The position numbers and the translations under genes were made by a program. The notes beneath the pieces are model-generated. The model was not told where the DNA came from and ran no database searches. It saw only the letters and a program-made list of their open reading frames with translations. This document shows positions 1-9,745 of a stretch of 39,129 nt of DNA, in pieces; the stretch's first letter is position 1, and each line of letters opens with the position of its first letter. Source of the stretch: a virus. Lineage: Duplodnaviria; Caudoviricetes. The DNA lies in the IMG/VR virus record IMGVR_UViG_3300037188_000033, positions 1 through 39,129 of that record. One strand, 5' to 3'.

Positions 1-131
1 AGGTTCTGCCACCTACTATGTTAACTGGTTCTCGTCGGTCGCTCCGCGTTTTACGCATACGATTTACATCCTATTACCAAGGGGTGGTCCAACCACGGCC
101 CCAGTTGACCTGTCCGTAATTTATTGCATAA
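1..131. repeat. Terminal direct repeat (circular-contig overlap), copy 1
   Basis: 1-131 matches 38999-39129 with one mismatch (position 5 vs 39003). Joining the ends places the gp4-like stop just before the gp10-like start. Confidence 0.95.
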
Positions 132-1102
132 TGCCGCGTCATCGTAGATACTTTATGAATTGATAAGTCTAAAGGTGCAGATCTCTTTGAAATCATTTGT
201 TTATACATTAACAATTGAGTAGCGCATCCTTCTGGTACTATAAAGTTATATTTCGTGCAAAGACGTTCAGCTAATCGGTACTGAAGATAGTTTATGTAGA
301 ATTGGTCCAAAGATTGAGCCATGAATGTTTGATTAAGTGGACCATTAGTCGTGCTAAAGCCTGTGAAGGTTAAATTGTTTACAAATCCTTGATTGCCACT
401 TGTTGAAACATTAATATTTCCATTTGAACGATTACTTAGAATAAAACGACCACCGGTAATAGCAGCGCTCACATAAGGAATCGGCGGCATAGTATTAATA
501 AAATTTACTAATGCTTGAGGTGTTGCATAAGTTCCAGCTAAATCGATACCATTAATAACAAGTTCACGTGGATTTAAAGTTCCTGTTCCCATAACGGAAG
601 GAACACCTAAATCAGCAAATGCTAATGGAGACATTAAATCTTGATAGAGACTAACAGATCTTAATGCAAACCATCCTGTAATTTGAGCTGGGAAACATCT
701 TTCTGGTCTAAAATAAAGGAATATATTCATCCCACCTGGGACGCGCTCACAATTATAATTAAAAGGTAATGATGTTACATTCTCAGCTCGTCCACTTCCA
801 AAGAATCTATCTTTTTGAGTAAGATACATTTGATATCGAACAGTATCAATAAAGAATGTAATGGTTTCGCAATGCGTCAAACCGGGGATAAAATATCGTT
901 CTTGTGATGCGACTAATGGAAAATCATAGCGCGTTGTATAGTACGGTATCATATCATCTTCAATTACCGTATCTGTCAATATCTCATTTAGCGCGTCGAA
1001 TGCGGTCTGCTCTTGGTCACCCGCCACTGTCTGAAATTGTCGCGATACTATGCCAGAGGTATAGAAACTTTCAGCTATTAACTTCGTTACGCTGTATGAC
1101 AT
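74..1102 (-). CDS. Head-to-tail adaptor, P22 gp4-like, with an inserted domain
   Basis: Lies between the coat/decoration genes and the gp10-like gene on the circle. Has a gp4-type N-terminus (LIAESFYTSGIV...AFDALNEIL) and C-terminal YLQYRLAERLC..Y. About twice the length of P22 gp4. Confidence 0.7.
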   Translation of the reverse strand: MSYSVTKLIAESFYTSGIVSRQFQTVAGDQEQTAFDALNEILTDTVIEDDMIPYYTTRYDFPLVASQERYFIPGLTHCETITFFIDTVRYQMYLTQKDRFFGSGRAENVTSLPFNYNCERVPGGMNIFLYFRPERCFPAQITGWFALRSVSLYQDLMSPLAFADLGVPSVMGTGTLNPRELVINGIDLAGTYATPQALVNFINTMPPIPYVSAAITGGRFILSNRSNGNINVSTSGNQGFVNNLTFTGFSTTNGPLNQTFMAQSLDQFYINYLQYRLAERLCTKYNFIVPEGCATQLLMYKQMISKRSAPLDLSIHKVSTMTRHYAINYGQVNWGRGWTTPW

Positions 1103-1116
1103 GATTCATCCTGAAT

Positions 1117-1146
1117 ATTACCCCAGGATATGTTTCCTGGGGTAAT
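1117..1146. terminator. Stem-loop, probable terminator after the decoration gene
   Basis: Perfect 12-bp inverted repeat ATTACCCCAGGA-tatgtt-TCCTGGGGTAAT in an intergenic gap; no strong U-tract. Confidence 0.6.
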
Positions 1147-1169
1147 CGCCTAAAAGACCTAACCTACTA

Positions 1170-2000
1170 TTACAATGAATCAACATACCCAGTTACAGTC
1201 AATGTCAAAGCCGCAGCAGCATTTGAAACTTCATAATCGAAGCTTGTAACGCCAGCCGTGGTTGTGACAGGGATTGTTAATGTTTGAGTCGTAACAGTGC
1301 TTGCAGGGGATACCATTGACATGGTAGCTGTTTGACCTGTAGCTCTAAATGTTGCAGTACGTGCACCACCTGCATCAGAGGTAAGAGCCGCTGATACAAT
1401 CGCAAAACTTGCACTTGGAGGAACTTCAGCAGATACATTCACTAAGGTGAATGCAGTTGCATCTCCAGCTGTTAGAACAACAACACCTGGTGTAAATTCA
1501 ATTACAGAAGATGGTCCAAATCCAAATGGTATGAAGGTTAGAATTGCACCTGCGCCACTTGTTAGTACGGAACCAATTCTACGATACATATCAAACGGAG
1601 CTGGTAAAGCTGGAGCTGTGAAACTTAATGACAGCAAACCTGCGCCTGGTCTGAAATAACCGCCTGTTGAAGCAACAACGGTAACAGGTGGTTGAACATT
1701 AGGAATGGGTTGTGGAACTGCAGCAAGTAATGTCCAATCATTTTCATTGGAATCACCAATAACATATACCGCATATGAAGTACTATCAGCTAAAACGCCT
1801 TCATCTAAACCGTTAGCGCCATTAAAAGCTGCGTTAATAGTTACTAGATTTGGAAGAACGATGTCATTAGTATTAGTATGATCTCTTGCTTGACCAGGAC
1901 CAATACTAATTGATGTACCTGATACGAATGAAGTTAAAAGGCCATTCAAATACAAATTGCCCTTATTGAAGCGTGGAATGCTTGGAATTAAAGTAGGCAT
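1170..2000 (-). CDS. Virion structural protein (capsid decoration/fibre-like)
   Basis: Directly downstream of coat, AGGAG RBS, T/S/G/A/V-rich beta composition, motifs GANGLDEG and YRRIGSVLT seen in phage fibre-type proteins. Confidence 0.55.
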   Translation of the reverse strand: MPTLIPSIPRFNKGNLYLNGLLTSFVSGTSISIGPGQARDHTNTNDIVLPNLVTINAAFNGANGLDEGVLADSTSYAVYVIGDSNENDWTLLAAVPQPIPNVQPPVTVVASTGGYFRPGAGLLSLSFTAPALPAPFDMYRRIGSVLTSGAGAILTFIPFGFGPSSVIEFTPGVVVLTAGDATAFTLVNVSAEVPPSASFAIVSAALTSDAGGARTATFRATGQTATMSMVSPASTVTTQTLTIPVTTTAGVTSFDYEVSNAAAALTLTVTGYVDSL

Positions 2001-2027
2001 GATTGCGTCTCCTATGATTAGTTAATT

Positions 2028-2046
2028 AAGGGGTGTTGCCACCCCC
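2028..2046 (-). terminator. Hairpin/terminator after the coat gene
   Basis: GGGGTG-GCAA-CACCCC (GNRA loop) followed by TTAATT. Confidence 0.55.
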
Positions 2047-2052
2047 ATAAGA

Positions 2053-3303
2053 TTAGAGAGGGAAAATTAATGCCATGCCGTATTCAGGTACTAGCGTACT
2101 ACCCCAAATTGCGTCATGAATCATACCCATTTGGTTTTGCCCGAAGACCGAACCATAAGTAAGACGCATAGCAGCACCAGTTACATCATCAATAGCATTA
2201 GCCGTTGGGAACGGAATTTGTTCTGGCAAACGAGGCATTGCTAAGAATAATGGGTCACCTGCAATGATTAATCCCGAACGATGCGAAGGTAATACCGAAA
2301 CTGTCATGCCCACTTGAACTTGTGAACTTAAGTTTTGGTTATTAGTAGCTGCAGCTTGTAAAGGAGGATTAATGAATACAGTTACTTGGCTACCGCCGGT
2401 TGAAGCTGCAGCAGATATGGCTTGGAACTGTACAGGGTTAGAAGATATTTCATGCCCGATAAAGGTTCTATAACGAAGATTTGGAACACCTGCTACCCCG
2501 TCATTGAACTGGAACTTATCGTATTGAGCCACAGATAATGGGTCAGCAGCTGCATGCGTACCACTAAAAGTAATACTATCAATGGAGCCTTGAGGGCCAT
2601 TTTGTGTGAATGATACAACAGTCAATACAGATGCATTTTGACCTTCTGTACCTGCAGTATGAACTGGTAATAAATTGGATTCGTACCATCTAGAATTTTT
2701 AAAGTTACCTAATTCCCAGGAATTAGCAAGCTTGTTATTTCTATCTTGTGCAAATTGATTTAAACCAGAACCTACGATATTAGGGGTTACTGTATCTGAG
2801 ATGTAACACTTAGCTTCGCCCTTCGCTGCACCGTAGTTACGATACAAAGCTAAAGCATTAGCTAATTGAGTAAAGCTGTTAATTGGATTAACACCATCAC
2901 CAAAGAAACGGTAAGTATTGGTTAAGCAGTTGCGAGCAACACTATGTTCAATCTTGGCACCAATTTCTTCAACGCCAGATTTACCGAATTTCTTCATGTA
3001 ATCTTCAACGTTAAAAATGAATTGTTGTGCTGTGAATTCAACAGAAGCTGAGATTGCTTCGTTAACAACCAAGTTCTGTACGCGTTGATCAGCAGGCTGG
3101 AACTGAGCTACCAATGAACGGACAGTGGTCATACGGGGTGGTAAATCGAAAGAAACTGTATCACCTAAGTTACCAGTCATTTTTTCGAAGTCTTTAAATC
3201 TCTTGTTTGATGTTGAGATAAAAGGACAAATGTTTTGAAGGTAAGCAAGTTCCGACATTTGGTAGGTAATAACTTGCTGTAAAATATTATTTGGAATCGC
3301 CAT
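2053..3303 (-). CDS. Major capsid protein, P22 gp5 coat family
   Basis: 416 aa after the scaffold gene. Has GDTVSFDLPPR, a telokin/I-domain-like insertion (DKFQFNDGV...FQA) and a C-terminal D.IWG..LVPEY typical of P22-like coats. Confidence 0.88.
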   Translation of the reverse strand: MAIPNNILQQVITYQMSELAYLQNICPFISTSNKRFKDFEKMTGNLGDTVSFDLPPRMTTVRSLVAQFQPADQRVQNLVVNEAISASVEFTAQQFIFNVEDYMKKFGKSGVEEIGAKIEHSVARNCLTNTYRFFGDGVNPINSFTQLANALALYRNYGAAKGEAKCYISDTVTPNIVGSGLNQFAQDRNNKLANSWELGNFKNSRWYESNLLPVHTAGTEGQNASVLTVVSFTQNGPQGSIDSITFSGTHAAADPLSVAQYDKFQFNDGVAGVPNLRYRTFIGHEISSNPVQFQAISAAASTGGSQVTVFINPPLQAAATNNQNLSSQVQVGMTVSVLPSHRSGLIIAGDPLFLAMPRLPEQIPFPTANAIDDVTGAAMRLTYGSVFGQNQMGMIHDAIWGSTLVPEYGMALIFPL

Positions 3304-3363
3304 GAGTTAAATCCTCGCATATGAGTTTCATACCCAGCGAAGAGTCACGGCAATTCTAGGTGT

Positions 3364-4071
3364 TTAGCCTTTCAACCAAGGTTGATCTTTAAGGTCTTGC
3401 AAACCCATTTTACCGTTATCTACGCCGACTGTTGAAGATTTAAGTCTAGATAAAGGAGCGGGCGCACTAACGTTATTTTGTTTAGCAGCAATATTAGCTT
3501 CAATTGATTTCGATAATTTCTCTAGTTGTTTCTGCGCCATTCCTGGTGAGCGTTCAGCTAAAGAATTTATCTCTAACAATTTAGAAGGATTGTTGGCCAA
3601 CTCGTACATTATTTCAGCCGTGTTGGGCATTCCTTCAGCAAGTAATGCAGCATTGGGAAATTCATGAGCCTTAAAGTCACCCATTACTTCGTTATAGTCA
3701 TCGAATATTTCTGAGCCCTTTGACATTTTTAAATGAAAAGAATCAGCTCTTGACTTTAACTCACGTTCATGTGTTTCTTTCTCTAAAGCATCACGATGGG
3801 TTTGCAAATCATTCATGAACTTGTCATAGACACGTTGTTCTATGCCGTCTATATCTACGGCCGGAGCTCCACCTTGCGTCATAGATTGACCTTGGGTTTC
3901 TGCCCGAACTCTTTCAAGCTCTTCACGATGTTTTGATTCCATCTCACGCCGTACGCGGTCTGCGACACCGGCCTTTTCCCTTTTAACAACTTCATTCACC
4001 TGGCTTTGCGTCAATGATTTCTCACTTGGCTGCCCTGGTGCTGTAGCTAATGCAACTTCTTCATCTTCCAT
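3364..4071 (-). CDS. Scaffolding protein
   Basis: Acidic, helical 235 aa upstream of coat, with AEIMYELANNP and a C-terminal APAPLSRLKS typical of P22-like scaffolds. Confidence 0.8.
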   Translation of the reverse strand: MEDEEVALATAPGQPSEKSLTQSQVNEVVKREKAGVADRVRREMESKHREELERVRAETQGQSMTQGGAPAVDIDGIEQRVYDKFMNDLQTHRDALEKETHERELKSRADSFHLKMSKGSEIFDDYNEVMGDFKAHEFPNAALLAEGMPNTAEIMYELANNPSKLLEINSLAERSPGMAQKQLEKLSKSIEANIAAKQNNVSAPAPLSRLKSSTVGVDNGKMGLQDLKDQPWLKG

Positions 4072-4245
4072 AAATCCACGATCTCCCCGTGACGGTATTC
4101 CCTCATACGCTGAGTGGCGGCCAATTTCCCCTAATGGCGAGGTTAAACCTAGCTAAATAAATAGCTAGTAATTTAAGCTTAGTAGGGGTTGGTAAATTTG
4201 CAAATTATGTTATTATTTAAAACATTTTCAAAAAGAGTAGTAGAA

Positions 4246-4470
4246 ATGAATAAAATAGAAAAGATATATATTAGTGAAAAAGAGGCTGCGCATAGATATT
4301 GTTTATCGGTCCACTGGTTTAGAAGAAAAAGGTGGTTTGGCAACGGTCCAGAATACAGTAAGGTTCAAGGCGGAAAGATTCTTTATAATATAGAAGCAAC
4401 CGACAAATGGTTTGAAAGCTTTAAAACTAAAAGCACTTCAATTAGTCCACAGATTGCGCACCAATTATAA
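4246..4470 (+). CDS. Excisionase/AlpA-like winged-HTH DNA-binding protein
   Basis: YISEKEAAHRYCLSVHWFRRKRWFGNGPEYSK..GKILY....DKW pattern; ATG 4246 preferred over the TTG at 4189. Confidence 0.75.
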   Translation: MNKIEKIYISEKEAAHRYCLSVHWFRRKRWFGNGPEYSKVQGGKILYNIEATDKWFESFKTKSTSISPQIAHQL

Positions 4471-4602
4471 ATCCTGTTATTATTCGGTCCAAGCAGTCTG
4501 TTTGAGACAAACTTTCTGGATTTGCGGTTCTTGTTAATCTAATTGAATCGTCTCATTCGGATTGCCCATGCAGCTCGTTAGTCGAGAACTTTGTGCGAAA
4601 TT

Positions 4603-4899
4603 TTAGCTTCGGGCTGCATCTAACTTATTTAATCCCTTTCTTCTTACCAATACCCATGAATTTGCAAATTCTACTGATTCGGCATCAATATTTGACTTGG
4701 CATCATGAGCAGTATCTCTTATCAAATCAGCTAATTGCATAGCTTCTTCCGGTGTTAATATAAAATCATTTAGCTTAAAATCTTCAGCAATTTCAATTTT
4801 AACCTGTCCTAATAATGTATTTTGCATTTGTATCCAATAATCGGGTTCATCTTTAATATATATAGAACGTCTTGTGGTAATAAAGCTTCTATCAACCAT
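4603..4899 (-). CDS. Hypothetical protein
   Basis: 98 aa ORF coupled (TAATG) to the upstream gene; LTPEEAMQLADLI motif. Confidence 0.65.
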   Translation of the reverse strand: MVDRSFITTRRSIYIKDEPDYWIQMQNTLLGQVKIEIAEDFKLNDFILTPEEAMQLADLIRDTAHDAKSNIDAESVEFANSWVLVRRKGLNKLDAARS

Positions 4900-5546
4900 T
4901 ATTTAGTCCCCTTTTTCTTACCTTTGCTCAATATTCGATTAGCCTTAGCATCAATCTTCTTCTTTAGGCCACCAGATAGTTTGCCTTTCTTGGCTTCTTC
5001 AGAAGCTCTAGCTTTTGCGTTAGCTGCGTGACTTTTGTCAGGCATAGGATATTTGCGAGCCTTAGGCTCACCAAATTCTGATGCTGGGATTTTGCTGCGT
5101 GTCTTTGCGGTTAATTTAGCCATTTGTTGGGTCTCCATGAGTTGATTGCGGATAAAATTTAATGAATCTTGCAAATGTATAATACTTTTATTCAATTCAT
5201 TCAACTGAGATTGATGATCATTCTTGAAATCAACTATCATTTGATATCTACTTGTTTCCCTTGTCCTAATATTTTCCAAATCATGCTTAATATCCTTAGA
5301 TTTATGGAAAAGTTGTTCTATTTTATATCCTTTGTGGACTAGATTTTCATTTAGTTCCTTAATTACACTATCATTTTTCTCGAATAAACAATTAAATTTC
5401 GTAAATTCACCTAGAAACTCATTCTTTACAGAAAAATAATCTAGGAATCCTAATAATACTTTAGCAAGTCCAGATTGAGGTTCATTAGGATTATCAGCAT
5501 AAGCCTTGATTAAAAGTTTCCCCTGTTTAAATTCATTGTCAGTCAT
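4899..5546 (-). CDS. Coiled-coil protein in frame with a small basic protein (probable internal start at 5123)
   Basis: 215 aa ORF; the last 74 aa (MAKLTAKTRSKIP...KYPMPDKSHAANAKARA) have their own GGAG RBS. Confidence 0.65.
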   Translation of the reverse strand: MTDNEFKQGKLLIKAYADNPNEPQSGLAKVLLGFLDYFSVKNEFLGEFTKFNCLFEKNDSVIKELNENLVHKGYKIEQLFHKSKDIKHDLENIRTRETSRYQMIVDFKNDHQSQLNELNKSIIHLQDSLNFIRNQLMETQQMAKLTAKTRSKIPASEFGEPKARKYPMPDKSHAANAKARASEEAKKGKLSGGLKKKIDAKANRILSKGKKKGTK

Positions 5547-5767
5547 TATTTCCCCTCCTTTAGTTTGTGAAGCTTCAATTCTAATTCAATTTCTTCCATC
5601 ATGCCAAGTTCCTTGGCTAATGCATAATATGGCGGCAAAGGTCTAATACGTGGATTCAAGAGGAAAGCCCCTCGAACTACAGCTTTCTTCATATCATCAG
5701 TATAGCCTTGAATGTCTTTGGCTAAACGAAGGCGCATTTCATCAAGTTCCTTCGTTGTGTAAATCAT
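5546..5767 (-). CDS. Hypothetical protein
   Basis: ATG 5767 overlaps the upstream stop (TAATG). Confidence 0.6.
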   Translation of the reverse strand: MIYTTKELDEMRLRLAKDIQGYTDDMKKAVVRGAFLLNPRIRPLPPYYALAKELGMMEEIELELKLHKLKEGK

Positions 5768-5877
5768 TACCAAAACTTAATTACAAAATGTAAAATAATA
5801 TAAATACTTATCGCCCAAATACTAAGAACAACCGCCATAACCGTACCTTTCAATACATCTTCAAGTTTGGTTGTCAT
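5767..5877 (-). CDS. Small single-TM protein (36 aa)
   Basis: MTTKLEDVLKGTVMAVVLSIWAISIYIILHFVIKFW*, with GGAG RBS; fills the gap between coupled genes. Not in the ORF track. Confidence 0.55.
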   Translation of the reverse strand: MTTKLEDVLKGTVMAVVLSIWAISIYIILHFVIKFW

Positions 5878-6064
5878 TTTCAACTTGCTCCTTTATGTTA
5901 TTACGTAAAAATTCTAATTTACTAATGACTATTTCCAACGTTCCTTCTTCTTTCATTTTATAAGTGCCGAACAATTTCCCATCATAATAAATAAGCATTT
6001 GAGGTATTTGTAGAACTGCATGAAAAATAAAGCGATAGGTTAGAAGTGTGCGGTCAAACTTCAT
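5861..6064 (-). CDS. Hypothetical protein
   Basis: 67 aa ORF coupled (ATGA) to the portal stop. Confidence 0.55.
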   Translation of the reverse strand: MKFDRTLLTYRFIFHAVLQIPQMLIYYDGKLFGTYKMKEEGTLEIVISKLEFLRNNIKEQVENDNQT

Positions 6065-8163
6065 TCAGCTCCCCTTCTATTCTCGTGCAACTGTTTAGTG
6101 AAGCTAATAGCTGTCTCAACCGCAGATCGACTATTCTCCGCATCAACCTTCTCTTGGTCAATGGCGAGTTTAACATTACCTTGTTCCAATTTACCCATAA
6201 CTTCCATGAACTTAATATCCAATGCTTGTTTCTCATTGGCCACTTTAGCAGATTGAATAGCTAAATCGCCTTCAGTCTTATTGGCTAACTGTTCGACCTT
6301 AGCCATTTCAATTTCCTTCAATGTTTCCATCTGCATCTGTTCAGGTGAAGGTTGTTGCGCAGCTTGCTCCTGCTTCTCTTGCTGTTGCTTCATGAATATC
6401 ATAGCTTGCGCTTTAAGATGCTCAATACCCCTAATATCCATGTTATCGAGGATAGTTTCAAGACCCATCGATTGAATAAATTCAGCAAATGCCGGTGATG
6501 CCTGAGTCATACGGATAATTTGCTCGATGGCAACTTGTTTCTGAATACCCGAACTAACACTGGCTTCAACCTTAATCTGGAAACTGTTAGGATTGTATTT
6601 CAAATCAATACTATTGGGATCATCTGGGTGATTAATAACTTGGTAGGAGCGCTTGCCATCTTTTCCCTTGATTGGAAGACTCCTAGGGGTAACGTAGTAT
6701 TTCGGAATCAAGTCTACTACGATTTGAGCAATTCTATTGATACCCTTTATATATCCCTTGAGGTACGGAATAGCGGCTGCATTAGATTGGAGGGCACCTT
6801 GCTGGATTGCAACCCCGGAGATCTGTTTGTCGTTAGTGCTCAAAATAGAATCGTATGTTCCTAGAATGCTTTGAATCATTCGATTGGTACCATTGAATGT
6901 ATTCTCGACGATAGGTGGCGTTGGAGTTCTTTGAATCTCACGAGGCGGTGGTAAAGGCTGTTCTGGATTGTCTTTGTAGAATGCATTGTAAACTAGAGTT
7001 GAGGCTTGCTGAACATTCTTGTAAGCATCTTCATAGCCTTCTGGTATACCCTCTAACGGCACCATAATCTTATGCATTACCATATTTTCTATTTCAGCGG
7101 CTACAGTTTGACCGGCAAAGTTAATCAGTTGTTGAGCGCCTTTGGCATGCATTACGAATGGGCGACATACTTGCATTGATGCGTTTCCAACAGATTCCTT
7201 TATAATCACGCTATTACCATCAATAAATACAAGTGGTAAATATTTGAAGTTTGTCTTCTGATGCGACAATATCTTGTTTTCACAGACTAAATAACGTTCA
7301 ATAGTTTCGATTACACTCTCTCTTTCCTGTATAATAATCGGCGCTTGTTCAATGAATCCCTGGTCACTCCATAGCTTCATAAAGTCTTCATAATGTTTCT
7401 TAACAAGAACATGTCCATTTGAAAGCTTAACAATCTTCTCTTTCTTACGAACTTTACAATAATAATCGGCTATTAATATGACTTCTTGTTGTTGAGATAA
7501 ATAACTCCAATTAAAATCGCCCACGCTACTGCTACGTGTAAATTGCATTTCATCTGCCATTCCCTTCCCGAACTCGGCCTCGAATTCATCTTTTGTTTTA
7601 GGGATGCACATGAAGCAATAGCCACCGTCTCCTTTATGGGATTCACGAGCCATAGGGTCAAAGCCAGTTAATGTCGGGTCAAAAGCTCGTTCAATTCTAA
7701 TATTCTGCTCGAATGACATCTCATTAATATAATCGGTGAAGACACCGGCGACTGACCATCCACCGCCCAGTAAATCTGAATATACATTGTATTCAAAGCC
7801 ATCATTCGCAGCATCGAAAAATAGTTCTTTAAGATGGGCAATGACAGCATCTAATTGGGCTAGAAATTCTGGTGTTAGTTCTTCAACTCTAACGCCATCT
7901 GCGGCGCGACCAATAATATCTGGCTCTTGCTTTGCAAACTCGCCCCGAAGGCGGGATAAGACAGCTTCTAGGACGTTGAACTCAAGAGGTGGTTTGTTTA
8001 ATATGTCTAGCGTATCAAGGTCAGCACTTGATAAAGAGGTCTCAAATACAAACTTCATAAACATTTCATAGCGTTCAACATTGCGTCTGAAATAGGTATA
8101 GGATGCTTGAATGTTATCTTTTATTTCTTGTAATTTATCAACAGGTTTCTTTTTGGATGCCAT
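6061..8163 (-). CDS. Portal protein, P22 gp1-like
   Basis: 700 aa after terL, with PPLEFNVLE..LSRLRGE, FDP.A...(K)GDG.YCF, ISGVAIQ, IPKYY...R and a Q-rich coiled-coil C-terminal barrel. Confidence 0.9.
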   Translation of the reverse strand: MASKKKPVDKLQEIKDNIQASYTYFRRNVERYEMFMKFVFETSLSSADLDTLDILNKPPLEFNVLEAVLSRLRGEFAKQEPDIIGRAADGVRVEELTPEFLAQLDAVIAHLKELFFDAANDGFEYNVYSDLLGGGWSVAGVFTDYINEMSFEQNIRIERAFDPTLTGFDPMARESHKGDGGYCFMCIPKTKDEFEAEFGKGMADEMQFTRSSSVGDFNWSYLSQQQEVILIADYYCKVRKKEKIVKLSNGHVLVKKHYEDFMKLWSDQGFIEQAPIIIQERESVIETIERYLVCENKILSHQKTNFKYLPLVFIDGNSVIIKESVGNASMQVCRPFVMHAKGAQQLINFAGQTVAAEIENMVMHKIMVPLEGIPEGYEDAYKNVQQASTLVYNAFYKDNPEQPLPPPREIQRTPTPPIVENTFNGTNRMIQSILGTYDSILSTNDKQISGVAIQQGALQSNAAAIPYLKGYIKGINRIAQIVVDLIPKYYVTPRSLPIKGKDGKRSYQVINHPDDPNSIDLKYNPNSFQIKVEASVSSGIQKQVAIEQIIRMTQASPAFAEFIQSMGLETILDNMDIRGIEHLKAQAMIFMKQQQEKQEQAAQQPSPEQMQMETLKEIEMAKVEQLANKTEGDLAIQSAKVANEKQALDIKFMEVMGKLEQGNVKLAIDQEKVDAENSRSAVETAISFTKQLHENRRGAE

Positions 8164-8167
8164 TTCG

Positions 8168-9745
8168 TCACTTCCTTGCGCGTTTCATCGCTGAGAGTTT
8201 CAGGTTAAAATCATTAGCCAACGATTTAACTATAGGAGCTGATGATTTGCGTGGCAAATAGGCCGAGGCTGGAAGTGCAAAGGTTAGACATAGTGCGTCG
8301 GATTCATCAGGTGAACGCACTCCGCGGGCTCGCATCTCCTCTTTCTTTTCCATAATTAGCTGAGAATTAGAGCTATGTTTGTATTTAATGCCGCATAGGT
8401 CAGCATGAAGTGAATCGACATCGGGTATTTGGCAAGGAAGATTCATTAGCCATTCTTTAGTCTCTCCCCACATCTCGGCACGTTTGTTGGAATAGTACTT
8501 TTCATTGTAAGCACTCTCACCCGCATTAATGCCAACGACCAATGAGCCGATACGGTCGTTATGTGTGCCATATCCGAGCTCATAGAGCCTATCAATCAGA
8601 CCTGCTCCTAACCCACCAATATCAATCAGAACTTTATCTGGGTTGTGTTCACGAATTAACATCACTACAATACCCACAACCTCCATTACATCTTTTTTGG
8701 TGTAACTTTGAAGACCATAGGCAACGCGGCCTTGTCGGAAGATAATGGAGGTTCTATCGTCGCCGAATCGGGCCGGATCGACTCCCAATATTTTGGGACC
8801 ATATGGTTCGGCGACGGCCTTTCGAGCTCGCATAACAATAGCTGAATCAATGAATGTGTTTTCGCCCGTTAATTGGAATGCTTCATTGGCATTGCATGGA
8901 TATTCTTGGCAGAATGATTTCTCACCATCTTGGCCATTGACTGATAGGTCTACAATCTTATAACGACGCCAAGCGAGCTGACCCAATGTTAAGTTATATG
9001 TATCTTGTAAAGTGACTTCTATTTCTGTTAGAGCGAATTCTTCAGGAACATTACGTGTATATTCTTCTTGCCAGAACCAGGGAACGAAGATAGCAATGAA
9101 GTCGGATATTCCAGCTTCAGCTTTCTGCCACATCTGGTGAAAGTAATTGCCTACTCCGTTTGCGGTTGATTCAAGTATAATCTCCGTACCGTGTGCGTCA
9201 GGTACCGCTTGCATAATTCCTTTAGCATGCTCTGACGCGTTAGTCCAAAAAGCCACTTCCGAGCCGTGAAAGAGTTGAATGGTGGAAGAGCGGCCGACTG
9301 CTTTGTTTTCGGCGGTTCCAATCTTATATCCAGAATCAAGGGTTCCAAACATAAGTGCTTTAGAATTGTTCGTACTGACAGCTGGCCTGACGGTATCCGG
9401 GGTGTTTTCATAAAACCTCTGCGCCATCTCATATAGGTTGTTGGTAGCGTCACCCAAATGGGTTAGTATGAAGCATTGTATACCGAAGTGATGGGTAACT
9501 CTATGATAGAAGCGTCCACCTACGTATGTTGAGCATCCTTGTTGACGTCCTTTTAAAATTAATGCTCTTACTCGGCCAATCGAGCCTTTTTGCTCTTCAA
9601 GCTTGGTGTGTATATATGATTGGGCTCGGTTTAATTGAAATTGTTCGACTTGTCCAGCTTTTGTTCTAATCTTTAGGCATTTAGTAGCATAATGTTTGAA
9701 GTTGGTACGAAGTAGGTCTCTGATGCGCTTTTCGTCATCATTCAT
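8168..9745 (-). CDS. terL: Terminase large subunit
   Basis: Walker A ILKGRQQGCST, Walker B LFHGSEVAFW, ESTANG coupling motif, RNase H-like GVDPARFGDD and SPDESDAL. ATG 9745 preferred over the TTG at 9769. Confidence 0.95.
   Translation of the reverse strand: MNDDEKRIRDLLRTNFKHYATKCLKIRTKAGQVEQFQLNRAQSYIHTKLEEQKGSIGRVRALILKGRQQGCSTYVGGRFYHRVTHHFGIQCFILTHLGDATNNLYEMAQRFYENTPDTVRPAVSTNNSKALMFGTLDSGYKIGTAENKAVGRSSTIQLFHGSEVAFWTNASEHAKGIMQAVPDAHGTEIILESTANGVGNYFHQMWQKAEAGISDFIAIFVPWFWQEEYTRNVPEEFALTEIEVTLQDTYNLTLGQLAWRRYKIVDLSVNGQDGEKSFCQEYPCNANEAFQLTGENTFIDSAIVMRARKAVAEPYGPKILGVDPARFGDDRTSIIFRQGRVAYGLQSYTKKDVMEVVGIVVMLIREHNPDKVLIDIGGLGAGLIDRLYELGYGTHNDRIGSLVVGINAGESAYNEKYYSNKRAEMWGETKEWLMNLPCQIPDVDSLHADLCGIKYKHSSNSQLIMEKKEEMRARGVRSPDESDALCLTFALPASAYLPRKSSAPIVKSLANDFNLKLSAMKRARK

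Noticed and set aside
1-131. Biological T7-like direct terminal repeat
   Set aside because: It overlaps the end of the gp4-like gene and the start of the gp10-like gene, and its length fits an assembly k-mer overlap.
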